DNA from: Mobula hypostoma
Lineage: Eukaryota
Length of the DNA: 64,000 nt
Assembly (NCBI RefSeq): GCF_963921235.1
Contig: NC_086101.1
Span: 7,876,001 to 7,940,000 of the forward strand
Reading direction: 5' to 3'
In this document: one piece after another, positions 24,723-38,634 of the stretch
How positions within the stretch are numbered: the first letter of the stretch is position 1
How the letters are laid out: each line of letters begins with the position of its first letter
Notes under the pieces: generated by a model
What the model saw: the letters and a program-made list of their open reading frames with translations, nothing else
Told to the model about the DNA's origin: nothing
Database searches by the model: none
Made by a program: the position numbers and the translations under genes

Positions 24723-25255
24723 TCTCTGTCACCCTGGATGTGGAAACGGCGAGTCCGCGGCTCGAGGTGTCTGAGGATCGGAAGAGTGTGAGAGCGACCG
24801 GGAGCCGGAGGGATCTCCCTGACACCGGGAAGAGGTTCACAGTCGGGTTTTGTGTGCTGGGATCGGAGGGATTCACATCGGGGAGACATTACTGGGAGGT
24901 GGAGGTGACGGGGAATCGGTGCTGGAGTTTGGGAGTCGCCGCAGAGTCTGTGGAGAGGAAGGGATGGGTCACACTGAGTCCGGAGACCGGATTCTGGATC
25001 TTAGGGCGGTTTGGTGACGTAATGAAGGTTCACACCTCCCCTCGATCACGTCTCCCTGCCGGTCCCATCCCCGGGAGGGTGGGAGTTTATCTCCGTTACG
25101 AGTCCGGGACAGTTTCATTTTACAACGCGGAGACCAAGTCCCATCTCCACACCTTCACTGGGAATAAATTCACGGAGAAACTTTATCCTTTCTTCTGGAC
25201 TGTATATACAAACGAGTGGCTGAGAATCTGCTCCGGTTCCGCTCCGGGTCTGTAA
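24723..25255 (+). CDS. TRIM coding exon 6: B30.2 (PRY/SPRY) domain and stop
   Basis: ccccag|TC TCT GTC ACC CTG GAT (phase 1); VTLDVETA, CVLGSEGFTSGRHYWEVEV, RVGVYL, VSFYN, LYPFF. Spliced CDS 411+96+234+23+119+533 = 1416 nt = 471 aa plus stop. Confidence 0.96.
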
Positions 25256-25319
25256 ACGGGTCGGGTCCGGGACCGGCGTCAGGAGTAAATCAGTGTAAAT
25301 ATAAATGTGCAGAGAGTGA

Positions 25320-25325
25320 AATAAA
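25320..25325 (+). terminator. Candidate poly(A) signal of the TRIM gene
   Basis: First AATAAA after the stop, about 65 nt downstream. Confidence 0.5.
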
Positions 25326-25562
25326 CACGATGTGAGAATTATCGATCCATTAATTTTAACTCGTTCACCGCATCCGTCAACGGAACAGAAACACCGTGGA
25401 TTCAGCAGCAGCCGCGGGCGGCGGGTCCTGAGCTCCCCGGCTCCCCCGGGTGCTAAAGTCCACCGGGACTGCCCGGGTAACTGGGACAAGTGGTGGTGGT
25501 TCTATGTGGGAGAGGGAGGTCAGGGTGAGCCGGGATCTCTAGATTGAATCAGATATTCATTT

Positions 25563-27290
25563 TAAGACCATAAGGTATAGAAGCAGAGGTAGGCCATTCG
25601 GCCCATCAAGTCTGCTCCACCATTCAATCATGGACTGATCCAATTCTTCCAGTCATCCCCTTCCCCCTGCCTTCTCCCCATACCCTTTGATGCCCTGGCT
25701 AATTAAGAACCTGTCTATCTCTGCCCTAAACACACCCAATGACTTGGCCTCCATAGCCACTCGTAGCAAGAAATTCCACAGATTTACCACCCTCTGACTA
25801 AAGTAATTTCTCTGCATCTCAGTTCTAAAAGGACGTCCTTCAATCCTGAAGTCATGCCCTGTTGTCCTAGAGTCCCCTACCATGGGAAGTAACTTTGCCA
25901 ATTCTAATCTGTTCAGGCCTTTTAACATTCAGAATGTTTCTATGAGAGCCCCCCTCATTCTCCTGAACTCCAGGGAATACAGCCCAAGAGCTGCCAGACG
26001 TTCCTCATACAGTAACCCTTTCATTCCTGGAATCATTCTTGTGAATCTTCTCCGATTCCTGTCCAATGTCAATATATCCTTTCTAAGATGAGAAGCTGCT
26101 CACAATACTCCAAGTGTGGTCTCACGAGTGCCTCAGAGCCTCAACATCACATCCCTGCTCTTATATTCTCTACCTCTAGAAATGAATGTCAACATTGCAT
26201 TTGCCTTCTTCACCACCGACTCAACCTGGAGGTGAACCTTCAGGGTATCCTGCACAAGGACTCCCAAGTCCCTTTGCATCTCTGCATTTTGCATTCTTTC
26301 CTCATCTAAATAATACTCTGCCCGTTTATTTCTTCCACCAAAGTGCATGACAGTACGCTTTCCAACATTATAGTTAATTTGCCACTTCTTTGCCCATTCC
26401 CCTGAGCTATCTAAGTCTCTCTGCTGGCTCTCTGTTTCCACAACACTGCCCACTCCACCACCTATCTTTGTATCATCGGCAAATTTAGCCACAAATCCAT
26501 TACCCCATAGTCCAAATCATTGACGTACATTGTAAAAAGCAGTGGTCCCAACTTTGACCCCTGTGGAACTCCACTGGTAACCGGCAGCCAGACAGAATAG
26601 GATGCCTTTATCCCCATTCTCTGTTTTCTGCCAATCAGCCAATGCTCCACCCATGCTAGTCACTTCCCTGTAATTCCATGGACTCTTATCTTGCTAAGTA
26701 GGCTCATGTGCGGCACCTTGTCAAAGGTCTTCTGAAAATTCAAGTACACCACATCTACTGCATCTCCTTTGTCTACCCTGCTTGTAATTTCCTCAAAAAT
26801 TTGCAGTTGGTTTGTCAGGCAGGATTTTCAGGTGTAACCCGTATTTTTTATACAGGTCGTAGCTCCCCCAGTGACCCGGTAGCCCAAAACCCTGCCCGCT
26901 ACACCAGTCTCTCAGACATGCATTAATATGCCTGTTCATGCTATTCTTGTGCTCGTTAGCACTTGGCACAGGCTGCAATCCTGAGATTACTACCCTGGAG
27001 ATCCTGCTTTTCAGCTCACTACCCAACTCCCTGAACTCTCTCTTCTATCAGTGTCATCAGTACCAACGTGTACCAAGACATTGGGAGGCACATGGGAGGC
27101 AACACACCATGTGGGTATCTCCATCAGGCTACAGAACCTCCTGTCTGTTCCCCTCACTATGGAATCCCCTATGACTACCACATTTCTCATCGTGTTTCCC
27201 TTCTGCACCACAGAACCAGGCTCAGTGCCAGAGACCCGATCGCTGTGGTCATCCTCTGTTGGGGTCACCCCCTCAACAGCATCCAAAACA
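25563..27290 (-). mobile_element. CR1 3' part (to about 26828) abutting an older CR1 ORF1 esterase fragment
   Basis: Close antisense relative of the 16870 copy ([18 protein letters not shown]); VVVIGDSIVRG and GLHL motifs at 26830-27290. Confidence 0.88.
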
Positions 27291-28839
27291 GACCCAGTTC
27301 ACACTCAGGAAATGCAGGAAAAACACAGCAGGTTGGTCAGGATCTGTGGAGAGAGGAACAGGCTTCACGTTCCACGTCAGTGACCTCTCCCAGAATTGAT
27401 TCAAACACTGCCTGCTCTGTTGCGGATTTCCAGTAATGTCTGTTTTGTTTTAGTTCTTCTAGCATCTGATTCCAGAAGAAATGGGAGTGCAGTGTAATTT
27501 CCTCCAGAAGGGGGATAAAGAAGAAGGCATGTGCTCGGAGAGGGGAGTGGAGCATTAGAGAAATCAATGCTCAGGTTGGAACTACCCGGAGAGGTACGGT
27601 GAAGGCTGGAGAGACGTGGATATGATATTTTGGAGCCAGAAGTGTGGCAACACATGCAGGCTGATCCCAGCACAATCCTCGGGCAGACTGTGTTGGTCAT
27701 TGACGCAATGGAGAAATGTAAATGGTGAAGACCCCTGTGTGTATTTGTGTGTGGCGGAGACAGAGAGAGAGTCTGAGACTTGCTCCAGGCTCCCCAGGTA
27801 GATGCAGGGATGATGTTTCTGGTAACGGGGGTGTCAGGATGAGGAGACACAGTGAGGGGACGACCATTCAGAGGTGAATAAATGTATTTACCCAGCTCAT
27901 AATCTAACAGGGCTCTGCACATTTACACATCAACTATGTTGTAACATTCCTGTGAATCTTGTCTGCACACATTTCAGCTGAATGTCATCCTTTCTACAGC
28001 TCGGTGACCAGAACTGTACCCAGTACTCTGAGTGTGGTCTCACCAATGTCTTGTACAGCTGTAACATGACAAACCATCTCATGTACTTAATGCCCTGATC
28101 GATGAAGGCCAGCATACCATACACCTTCTTCACTACGCTGTCTACCTGTGTCTTTACTCTCAGGAATTATGTACTTGTTCCCCTGGTTATTTCTATTCTG
28201 CAACACGTTCCCATACCCTCCATTCCCTGCCTGTTCATTTCATGTTTAAATGTCTGTTTGAACTGAAGAATTTCAGAGTTATAAACTTTGATAATAAAAT
28301 GAACCTTTGAACCTCGTAAACATCATGATTGTGTCTGTTTCCACCACTCCCTATCCCGGCCGTCATTCCAGGAACAAACCACACATTGTGTCAGGAAACA
28401 TTCCTTGAACATCCCGATTCCTCTTCGAAACTTTACCCTTCACGTGGTGTCCTCAGAGAGATGACACTGACTGGGCCAGTCTCAAAATTAAAAGGACAGT
28501 ACATGTTGGGCTGAAGGGCCTTTTCCTGTGCTGTACTGTTCCATGTTCAGTGTTCTAAACTTTCCTGACAGTTGGCATCCTATAGTACATTAATAACAAA
28601 GTAACCATCTCCATATTTCTAACTCCTCCCAATATACTCTCACTGGCCGTTCCCCACAAGGATCTCTCTAAATGCTGTGGTGATGTTCTCCCTAATCAAC
28701 ATCACAACTCCCCCTCCTCTCTGACCTCCACTTCTGTCACGTCCTTTGCATCTGTAGCACAGTGAGGTGGTTTTGATCTTATTCAATGGGACAGCAGGTG
28801 TGAGGGACTGAACAGCCTCCTCTTGCTGCTATTTCTGAT

Positions 28840-31240
28840 GTTCAGAGCTGTGAACAGACTGAACTGAGGGAGGATAGAAGGGGTCGGGGAATGAATAGAG
28901 GTGTAGACCAGGAGGGTGGTCCCAAGTGAACAGAGATCTGGCAAGTGAGCGGCTTTAAAACTGAGTTTGTAAAGGTTCAGGATCAGCCTGTCCTTGTCAG
29001 AGTGAATGGCGAGACTGGAGGGATGAGGGAACCCTGGCTGACGAGGGTTATTGAGGCTCTGGTTCGGATGGAGTCGTAATTCAGGTGAAACCAGCCGGGG
29101 TCCTCGAGGAGTAGAAGGGGTGTGGAGAACACTGAAGAGAGAAAATCAGGAGATCAAAAGGGGACATGAGATAGCTTCAGCAGGTCAGATAAAGGTGATT
29201 CCAAAAAGATTCTATGAATCTGTGGAAAACAAAAGGGTAACTGGTGAGGGAATATGCCCCTTGAAGGATCAGTGTGGTCATCTATGTGTGGAGACACAGC
29301 AGATGGGTGAGGTCTGAAATAAATACTTCTCATCTGTATTTACTGTAGAGAAGGTGATGGAAGCTGGGGAATTCAGGGAGGGAATATGAATGTCCTGAAA
29401 CATAGCGACATTACAAAGGAGGCTGGCAGGCTTAAACACATCAAGCTGAATAAATCCCAGTGTCTGACCCGGCGTATCCTCTGTCATGGTGGGAATCCAG
29501 AGGAGAAATTGCCGGGTCCCTGGCTGTGATATTTCAAACACTGAACACAGAGCAGTACAGCACAGGAACAGGCCATTCTGCCCACGCTGTCTATGCTGAC
29601 CATGATGTCATCACGTTTGCCTGCAAATGATCCACATCCTCCATTCCCTGTCTGTTCATTTCCCTGTTTAAATGTCTGTTAAATGTCACGAGCGAACCTG
29701 CTTTCACCACTCCCCATCCCGGCTGCACATTGCAGGAAGATACCACTCATTGTGTCCAAAAACATTCCTTGAGCATTCCAGTTGAACTTTGACGATCTTA
29801 CTTTAAAGCTTTACCCTTAACGTAGTGTCCTCAGGGAGATTAGACTGACTGAGACTGTCTCATAATTAGAAGAATAAAAGGTGGTCTCACTGGCACAGAC
29901 ACAGTCTCACTGGGTATTAGAAACATAGAAACATAGAAAATAGGTGCAGGAGTAGGCCATTCGGCCCTTCGAGCCTGCACCGCCATTTATTATGATCATG
30001 GCTGATCATCCAACTCAGAACCCAGCCTTCCCTCCATACCCCCTGACCCCTGTAGCCACAAGGGCCATATCTAACTTCCTTTTAAACATAGCTAATGAAC
30101 TGGCCTCAACAGTTTGCTGTGGCAGAGAATTGACAGGGTAGAGGCAGAAATGATGTTTCCCCTGGATGGGGTGTGGAACCAGGGGTCACAGATTCACAAG
30201 CAGAGGTCACCTCAGCAGGACTGAGATGAGGAAAAGTTCCTCACCCAGTGTGTGGCGAATATTTGGAATTCTCTACAAAAGATTTCTGGATTTAAGGGGA
30301 ACAGTGATGATGCAATGATGCAGGAAATTGGCACTGAGGTCAATGATCAGCCATGTTCTGAGTGAAGGGTAGAGCAGGAGCAAGGGGCCGAATGGCCACT
30401 CCCGCTCCTGTTTGTTACGTTCTTGAAACACAAATCGATCTTTGTGTCTTTTAATTTTTTTGTGTAGAGTATCCTCTGTACCCCGTGTTGACTGTATTCA
30501 CTCCACTGTCTCCAATGCATGTAACAGTCTGCAGAGTTTGCTGTATTCTTTGTTTTTGTATCCAGTGAGAAACACGTCTGTGTAAGCGCCCGGGACACTT
30601 TACTGCATTTTCACAGCGACTGTACCTGAATACCAGTTGTTGTTGACAGCTTTGTCCCCAACTGCTGAACAGAGAACAATACAGCACAGGAACAGGCCAT
30701 TCGGCCCACAAGTCTGTGCTGAACATTGTGCCAATTCAATCTCATCCCATCTGCCTGTACACGGTCCACAACCCTCCATTCCCTGTCTGTTCATGTGTCT
30801 GTCTAAATGTCACGGAAATGTTGTTGTATCTGCTTCCACCACCTCCCCCGGCAGCACGTTCCAGGCAGCGACCATTCTCTGTGTAAAACAAACTTGCCTC
30901 ATCAATCTCCTTTAAACCTTCCCCTCTCACCTCATATTTACTCCCTGTTGTATTTGACATTCCCACACTGAGGATAAAGAGACTCCGACTGTCTATCATG
31001 TCAGTGTCAGTTGGTGACTGTTTCCGCGACAGCTGCTGAAGCACCGTGTTCCCAGACTTCTGTACCTTGTGATCCCCTCAGTCTGTGAGCCCCCTCCCTG
31101 GTAAGGAGAGGGGGTGCGGACTGGACAAAGACTGCTGGGTGAACTCAGCGTATCAACCAACGTCTGCAGAGGCAAAGGGATGGCGGAGATTCACGGTGCA
31201 GGATTGCCACCTGCTGACCGACACCGGTACTGCAGGGGGA
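28840..31240 (+). repeat. Duplicated block, copy A (copy B about 54900-59290)
   Basis: Colinear anchors: acagactgaactgagggagga (28855/54917), agtgtcctcag..gagat (29824/55413), tcctctgtacccc (30472/55892), gtgttcccagacttctgtacc (31047/57870), gtgatcccctcagtctgtga (31070/59066). Confidence 0.85.
31204..31235 (-). promoter_or_regulatory. CTCF-like site with upstream (U) motif
   Basis: Minus strand CTGCAGTACC-ggtgtc-GGTCAGCAGGTGGCAA; the paralogous copy GGCCAGCAGGTGGCG at 59256-59270 keeps the core. Confidence 0.55.
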
Positions 31241-31837
31241 ACTGAGAGGTTTAAATTTATCATCAAAGTACAAAGTACATCAAAGTCTTGAGATTCATTT
31301 TCTTTCAGGGAAAAAGTATACAATAGACTTTATTTAAAAAAATGCTTAAACCAATGTGTAAATGAAGACAAATCGGGCAAATAATAACAACAATAAAAAT
31401 ACAAATAACAGAGAACATGAGATGCTGAGACTCTGAAAGCGAGTCTCTAGATTGTGGAGTCAGTTCAGTGTTGTTGTGAACAGCTGTCCACGCTGGTTCA
31501 CGAACCTGATTGTTGTAGTGTCATAACTACCTGAAATATGACATGGATAGGTGGGTGAATTGGAAACCGTGTATTGTTCCTTGTGTGTGTCTGTAGTAGA
31601 ATCTGGAGAGAGTTAATGAGTTCACAGGGAGAATCTTTTCAAAATACTGTCTATGTATTAATGTCGAATTAATGGAAACAGACAGCCAAGGACTCCTTGA
31701 TATACTACTGGCTGTCACAAGGAATTCGAGAGTTAATACATATCTGCTGTCAGATCATCACTGCAGTTTCGTATGCTCAATAATTACTCGTCTTCCAATG
31801 CAACGAGATATCCTTCAGTGAATGCTGAAGACTGACA

Positions 31838-34610
31838 CATAAGAACATAAGAAATAGGAGCAGGAGTCGGCCATCCAGCCCATCAAGCCTGCGCCGCCAT
31901 TCAATAAGCTCATGGCTCATCCGTCCGTAAACTCAGCTCCGTCTACCTGTCTCTCCCCCATAACCCTTAATTCCCCCACTATATAAAAATCGATGTAACT
32001 GTATCTTAAATATATTTAGTGAAGAAGCCTCAAATGCTTCCCTGGGCAAAGAATTTCCATAGATTCACCACTCTCTGGGGAAAAAAAAACAGTTTCTCCT
32101 CATCTCCGTCCTAAATCTTCTCCCCTGAATCGTGAGGCAATGTCCTCTAGTTCTAGTCTCACCTACGAATGGAAACAACTTTCCTACTTCTATCTTATCT
32201 ATTCCTTTCAAAATTTTGCTTCTTTCTATAAGATCCCCTCTCATTCTTCTGAATTCCAGAGAATATGGTCCCAGGCGACTCAATCTCTCCTTATAGGTTA
32301 ACCCCTTCATCTCTGGAATCAACCTGGTAAACCTCCTCTACACTGCCACCAAAGTCAGTACATCCTTCCTCAAGTATGGAGACCAGAACTGCACACAGTA
32401 CACTGTAGAGTTGCAGCATGACCTCCCTGCTCTTGAATTCAATCCCTCGAGCAATGAAAGTCAACATTTCGTTTGCCTTCTTAATAACCTGTTGTACCTG
32501 CAAGCCAACTTTTAGCGATTCATGCACAAACACTCCCAAGTCCCTCTGCACAACAGCATGATGCATTATGCAGTCATAATCTGCTCTTGTATTATTCCTT
32601 CCAAAGTGACAACAGACAATAGACAATAGGTGCAAGAGTTGGCCATTCGGCCCTTCGAGCCAGCACCGCCATTCACTGTGATCATGGCTGATCATCCACA
32701 ATCAGTATCCAGTTCCTGCCTTATCCCTATATCCTTTGATTCCGCTATCTTTAAGAGCTCTATCCATGTCTTTTTTGAAAGCATCCAGAGACTTGGCCTC
32801 CACAGCCTTCTTGGGCAGAGCATTCCATATATCCACCACTCTCCGGGTGAGAAAGTTTTTCCTCAACTCCCGTTCTAAATGGCCTACCCCTAATTCTTAA
32901 ACTGTGGCCTCTGGTTCTGGACTCACCATCAGCGGGAACATGCTTCCTGCCTGCAGCGTGTCCAATCCCTTAATAATCTTATATGTTTCTATAAGATCCC
33001 CACTCAGTCTTCTAAATTCCAGAGTATAGAAGCCCAGTCGCTCCAATCTTTCGACATATGACAGTCCCGCCATCCCGGGAATTAACCTTCTGAACCCACG
33101 CTGCACTCTCTCAATAGCAAGAATGTCCTTCCTCAAATTTGGCGACCAAAACTGCACACAGTATTCCAGGTGTGGTCTCACCAGGGCCCTGTACAGCTGC
33201 AGAAGGACCTCTTTGCTCTTATACTCAATTCCCCTTGGTATGACGGTCAGCATACCATTAGCTTTCTTCACTGCCTGCTGTACTTGCATGCTTGCTTTCA
33301 GTGACTGATGTACAAGAACACCTAGATCTCGTTGTGCTTCCCCTTTTCCTAACTTGACTCTATTTCGATAATAATCTGCCTTCCCGTTCTTACCACCAAA
33401 GTGGATAACGTCACATTTATCCATATTAAACTGCATCTGCCCACTCACCCAGCCTGTCCAAGTCACCCTGCATTCTCATAACATCCTCCTCACATTTCAC
33501 ACTGCCTCCCAGCTTTGTGTCATCGGCAAATTTGCTAATGTTACTTTTAATTCCCTCATCTAAATCATTAATATATATTGTAAACAGCTGCGGTCCCAGC
33601 ACTGAACCCTGCGGTACCCCATTGGTCACTGCCTGTCATTCCAAAAGGGACCCGTTAATCGCTACTCTTTGATTTCTGTCAGTCTGCCAATTTTCAATCC
33701 ATGTCAGTACTCTGCCCCAATACCATGTGCCCTAATTTTGCCCACTAATCTCCTATGTGGGACTTTATCAAAGGTTTTCTGAAAGTCCAAGTACACTACA
33801 TCCACTGGCTCTCCCTTGTCCATTTTCATAGGTACATCCTCAAGAAATTCCAGAAGATTAGTCAAGCACGATTTCTCCTTCGTAAATCCATGCTGACTCG
33901 GACTAATCCTGTTACTACTATCCAGATGTGTCATAATTTCATCTTTTATAATTGACTCCAGCATCTTTCCCACCACCGACGTCAAGCTAACCGGTCTATA
34001 ATTCCCTGTTTTCTCTCTTCCTCCCTTCTTGAAGAAAGGTACAACATTAGCCACCCTCCAATCCACAGGAACTGATCCTGAATCTATAGAACATTGGAAA
34101 ATGATTACCAATGCGTCCACGATTTCTAAAGCCACCTCCTTAAGTACCCTGGGATGCAGACCATCAGGTCCCGGGGACTTATCAGCCCTCAGACCCAACA
34201 GCCTATCCAACACCATTCCCTGCCCGATATAAATTTCCTTCAATTCATCCATTACCCTAGGTCCTTTGGCCACTATTACATCTGGGAGATTGTTTGTGTC
34301 TTCCCTTTTTGTCTTCCCAAGTGAAGACAGATCCAAAGTACCTGTTCAACTCGTCTGCCATTTCCTTGTTCCCCAAATAAATTTACCTGCTTCTGTCTTC
34401 AAGGGCCCAATTTTGGTCTTAACTATGTTTTTCCTTTTCACATATCTAAAGAAGCTTTTCATATCGTCCTTTATATTCTGGGCTAGTTTATCTTCGTACC
34501 TCATTTTTTTCTCCACGTATTGCCTTTTTAGTTACCTTCTGTTGCTCTTTAAAAGTTTCCCAATCCTCCGGATTCCCACTCGTTTTTGCTATGTTCTACT
34601 TCTTCTCTTT
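31838..34610 (-). mobile_element. Two abutting CR1 copies (about 31838-32607 and 32608-34610)
   Basis: ORFs 33704-34336, 33426-33629 and 32897-33466 carry CR1 RT motifs; separate tails (acataaga)n at 31838 and (acaatag)n at about 32615. Confidence 0.92.
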
Positions 34611-35159
34611 TATTTTCTCTGCTATGTTATACAGTCTTTATATTATTTCAGCTGTGTTAAATACTAACGCCAGCACTAGACATATTGCTAACTAAGTGAA
34701 GGTACAGGGTGTTAACAACTCAGATATTTTAACCCTTTACTCAAAATCTTCTTCCGCAATTGTTGATTTCTTTGCACACCATTGATTACAGCTGAATTGT
34801 GTGGTAGAATCTTGATGGAGTTGATGAGAATGCAGGAGGACACTTCTGAACAAAATCTCTAGTACTGTATTAAAAATGTAGATGGACAGTTGAGGACTTC
34901 TGATATACTGGCTGTTACCACAGACTCAAGCGTTAATGGCCATCTGCTGTAAGGCATGGTCAGACGGCACTGACAGTAGACTCGGTAATACTGAGTCCCT
35001 TGTCTAAGAAGGGATGTGTTGGCACTGGAGAGAGTCCAGAGGATGTTCTCGAGAATGATTCCAGGTATGAAAGAGTTAAGGCATGAGTAGTGTTTTTATA
35101 GATCTGGGCCTGTGCTCAATGGAGCTTAGAAGAACGTCAAGGGAGCTCATTGAAATCTT

Positions 35160-36965
35160 TCTTTCTTTATTCATCTTTTTATTGATTTAAAAACAGCATA
35201 TATACAAACAAGAGGAGAATTATCTCAAATATATATATCAATAACAATACAAACAGAAAGTGAAATAAACATTATCAAAATCATACACAGTATTAAGCTA
35301 ATATGTAGTATATAATAAAAAAGAAGACAGCTAATTCTCCTGTTATAAATTCGTAAAGAGGGAAAAAAGACTTTAAATTTTTAAATAAGAAGAATCCTCC
35401 CCCCACTACACTATATGAAAAAAAAGAGGGAAAAAAGGACTGGGCAGTCCATTCTGAGGATACGACCAAAAAGATAGGAAAGACTTTCTGGCGAAAACTA
35501 AACTTCGAAAAAAAATTGGAAGAGCAATACATCAAATCTAATGAAAATATTGAATAAAAGATGGTCAGATTTGCTCAAAGTTAAAGGATGTATCAAATGT
35601 CCGACTTCTCATTTTCTCTAAACTTCAACAAGACATAATGGAGGAGAGCCAATAAAAGACAGTAGGTGGAATAGAATCCTTCCACTTCAATAAAATGGCT
35701 CTTCTAGACAACAAAGTTGAAATACATTGAGTGGAAACAGGAATATTTCCTGCTTCCGATGGGATAATCCCAAAGATTGCCGTAAGTAAATTAGGTTGTA
35801 GGTCCAGATCCAAGACTTTTGATAACGTTTTAAAAACATCTCTCCGAAAATTATCTAGCTTTATGCAAGACCAAAACATATGAGTTCAAGTGGCCACCAC
35901 AATATTACATCTGTCACAAATAGGATTGATGTTGGAAAAAACACGTGCTAGTTTATCCTTTGACATATGGGCCCGATGCATTACCTTGAACTGTATCAGA
36001 GAATGACGGGCACAGATAGATGAATTGTTAACGAAATGAAAAATTTTACTCCATTGATTATCTGAAAATGACTGTTCAAATTCCACTTCCCAAGCACGTT
36101 TAATTTTATCATTTTTAACCATTTATAAATTATAGCTATCAACCCTTTTTGAGTGGTTTAAGCTGAAATAGAGCATCGTCATATTAGGTGCATAAGCAGA
36201 AGGGTAATCTGGCAGCAAACCACGTAAAAAATTCCTAATTTGTAAAGATCTAAAAAACTGTACATTAGATAAATCATATTAATCCACTAATTGAGAAAAC
36301 TACATTAAATAATCCCCGAAAAACAATTCTGAAAAAGTTGTTGTTCCCTTGGTTTTCCAAATTAAAAAGGCCTTATCCAAACCTGATGGTTTAAAAAAAA
36401 ATTGAAATGGGTCGTACTAGAAAGAACAAAATTATTTAATTCAAAAAATCTGTGAAACTGAAACCAAATTCTTAATGTATGTTTAATAATGGAATTAAAG
36501 TCTTGACTTCTAATCTTAGAAAACAAAAAAGGAAGAGGAGCTCCCAGTAAAGAGGGCAAAGAGAACCCTTTCACCAAGTTTTCCACCAAATCCAACCATG
36601 GACATTCATGTATGTCTGAATAATGAATCCAAAAAGTAATACATCGAATATTAATTGCCCAATAATACATTCTAAAATTTGGCAAATCCATACCACCGTC
36701 CTATTTTGATTTCTGCAATAAGGGTTTAACTCAGTCTAGGATTTTTATTATTCCAAATATAAGATAAGATTATAGAGTCTATTCTGTCAAAAAACGTTGC
36801 AAGAACAAAGGAATATATATAAGAATTTCGGTAAAACTATCATTTTAATAGCATTAATTCGACCTATTAATGATCATGTCATGGGTGACCATTTAGAAAA
36901 CATTTGCTGGGTGTAATCAATCAATGGGAGAAAATTATATTTATACAGGTCCTTAAAATTAATAA
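35160..36965 (-). mobile_element. L1/Tx1-like LINE, 3' part of ORF2, degraded
   Basis: LPNFRMYYWA, ICARHSLIQFKVMHR, CDRC...HMFWSC zinc knuckle; AT-rich; aataaa-containing 3' end. Confidence 0.85.
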
Positions 36966-37185
36966 TAGAGCTTTAAAAATCTTGCAATCTTTTTCTCTTT
37001 TTTTTCTTTTGCTTTTACTTTATTTTTATCCACACTTTTCTTTTTCACTTTACCATACTTCTTTAATCTGTTGAGCCCTCCCCACCCCCACTATTGAGTG
37101 CTGGACAAGCTCACGGGCTGAGACTCCTCCAGCACTGTCTCTTGGATCCCACTACCGCCTCACTCGCAGTCACACCCTCTTGTTC

Positions 37186-37416
37186 CTAACCACAGACCGA
37201 ATTTGAGACAGCTAATCTCCTGAAGTCGAGAATCCAGGCAACTCTCCCCCTCCCTGATGTGCCACCGTGTTGAAGCTCAGATTCTTGGTCATCAACTTTG
37301 AGCCTGAGTTCCTCGATCAGGCAACACTTGCTGCAGATGTGACCAGCATCAGGAACCACAGTGGAGTCCTCCGGCTCCCATATCATGCAGCTACAGCACA
37401 TCACCTGACCCGGCAT
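37186..37416 (-). mobile_element. CR1 ORF1 N-terminus (zinc finger/leucine zipper)
   Basis: CCSCMIWE...HICSKCCLIEELRLKVDDQESEL. Confidence 0.7.
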
Positions 37417-37789
37417 GATTCCTACTTTATTTAATTAGCTGTAATTTAGTGACTTTTTATTCAACCACTACAAAAGCTTTACCTGCTACTTACTTGTGTC
37501 TCTCCACTGAAGCCACTTGAGCCAAAGCCTCACCGATTCCACTCCTACACTGGTCCATTTACAGAATAGCCACTCTGTTTTGTCCCTGATTTACATTTAT
37601 TTGCTCCTGCTAATGCATCGCGCACCGATTGGTGTGCCGCAATTGCGCCAAGCCCGCGAATCGCTCCTTTAAAAACGCATATTGATCCTTGATTGATGTC
37701 TGATCAACCTATCACTTGTCTGAGATCAGCTGGAAACAACCAGGGACGCTTTACCGCAAACAGTGAAAGAAAATCTTATTATCCAGTGC

Positions 37790-38634
37790 AGCATTCAGCC
37801 CCAGATATTGCAGCACACCTACTGGACAATCGCGGTACTGCGGGGGATCAGCGATCCCCGAAAGCACACTGTCGGAGACTCAGCAGCGGAACCCCGGAGT
37901 AAACAATGGATCCGTCTGAGGTTACTGCTGGGACAGACAGGCGGACCAAAAAAAATCTCGAGGGCGGCAAAAACGATAAAACCCTGCTGAAGTCACATCG
38001 TTAAACTGAAACTCACTTACTCCACCTAACTAAATATTTATACTAAATGGAAAATACTACCAACGGCAAAAGCGCAGGTACAAAACCGGCAAAAAAAACA
38101 GAAATCAACCTGGCTGGCTGCAGTTTCGTGACGGCGCCGGCTGTAGATTTATCAAACTTTAATTAGAACAGATGCAAAGTATCGTACGGAGTTTTGGCCG
38201 TCTCGTTCCGGGAAGAACGTGAGTGCTTTGAGAGGTACTAAAGATTTTGCTTACATTAGAGAGCTATGAGCAAAGGGTGAACTACTCTGGCTCCCAAAGT
38301 GTTGCATCCAATATCACGCCCCCTCTTCTCCCTCTCCTTTCTACGAAGGCTCTCTCCACGATTCTGCGCTGAAAAATAACCTCGGAAGAAGTTTCTTGTG
38401 CATGACATACAGTTGGTTGTCACCAGGAGAAGATTCTAATTGGCCGCTCAACTGTTCCCGAGGCCAAGAGACCCCTCCCCTGCGCTACTGGAGATTCGCC
38501 CGGATCCCCGGGGATTCTCTAATTCTCTGCTTCTCCCCACCCGCTAGTCTCTGTCACCCTGGCTGTGGAAACGGCGCATCCCGAGCTCGAAGTGATTGAG
38601 AGAGTGTGAGGTAGACCAGGACACGGAAAGATCT
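37790..38634 (+). pseudogene. Collapsed TRIM paralogue relic (upstream region + ATG, and start of the B30.2 exon)
   Basis: 37790-37910 aligns with 10330-10445 (tgcagc...ggacaatcgcggtac...ccccgaaag...aac(a)ATGG). 38500-38634 aligns with 24682-24820 (ctaattctctgcttctcccc..ag|tctctgtcaccctgg; SVTLAVETAHPELEV), with a frameshift and stop, then cut by an L1 piece. Confidence 0.8.

Noticed and set aside
24214..24889. 220-aa and 167-aa minus-strand ORFs
   Set aside because: Antisense shadows of the GC-rich B30.2 exon plus repeat sequence.
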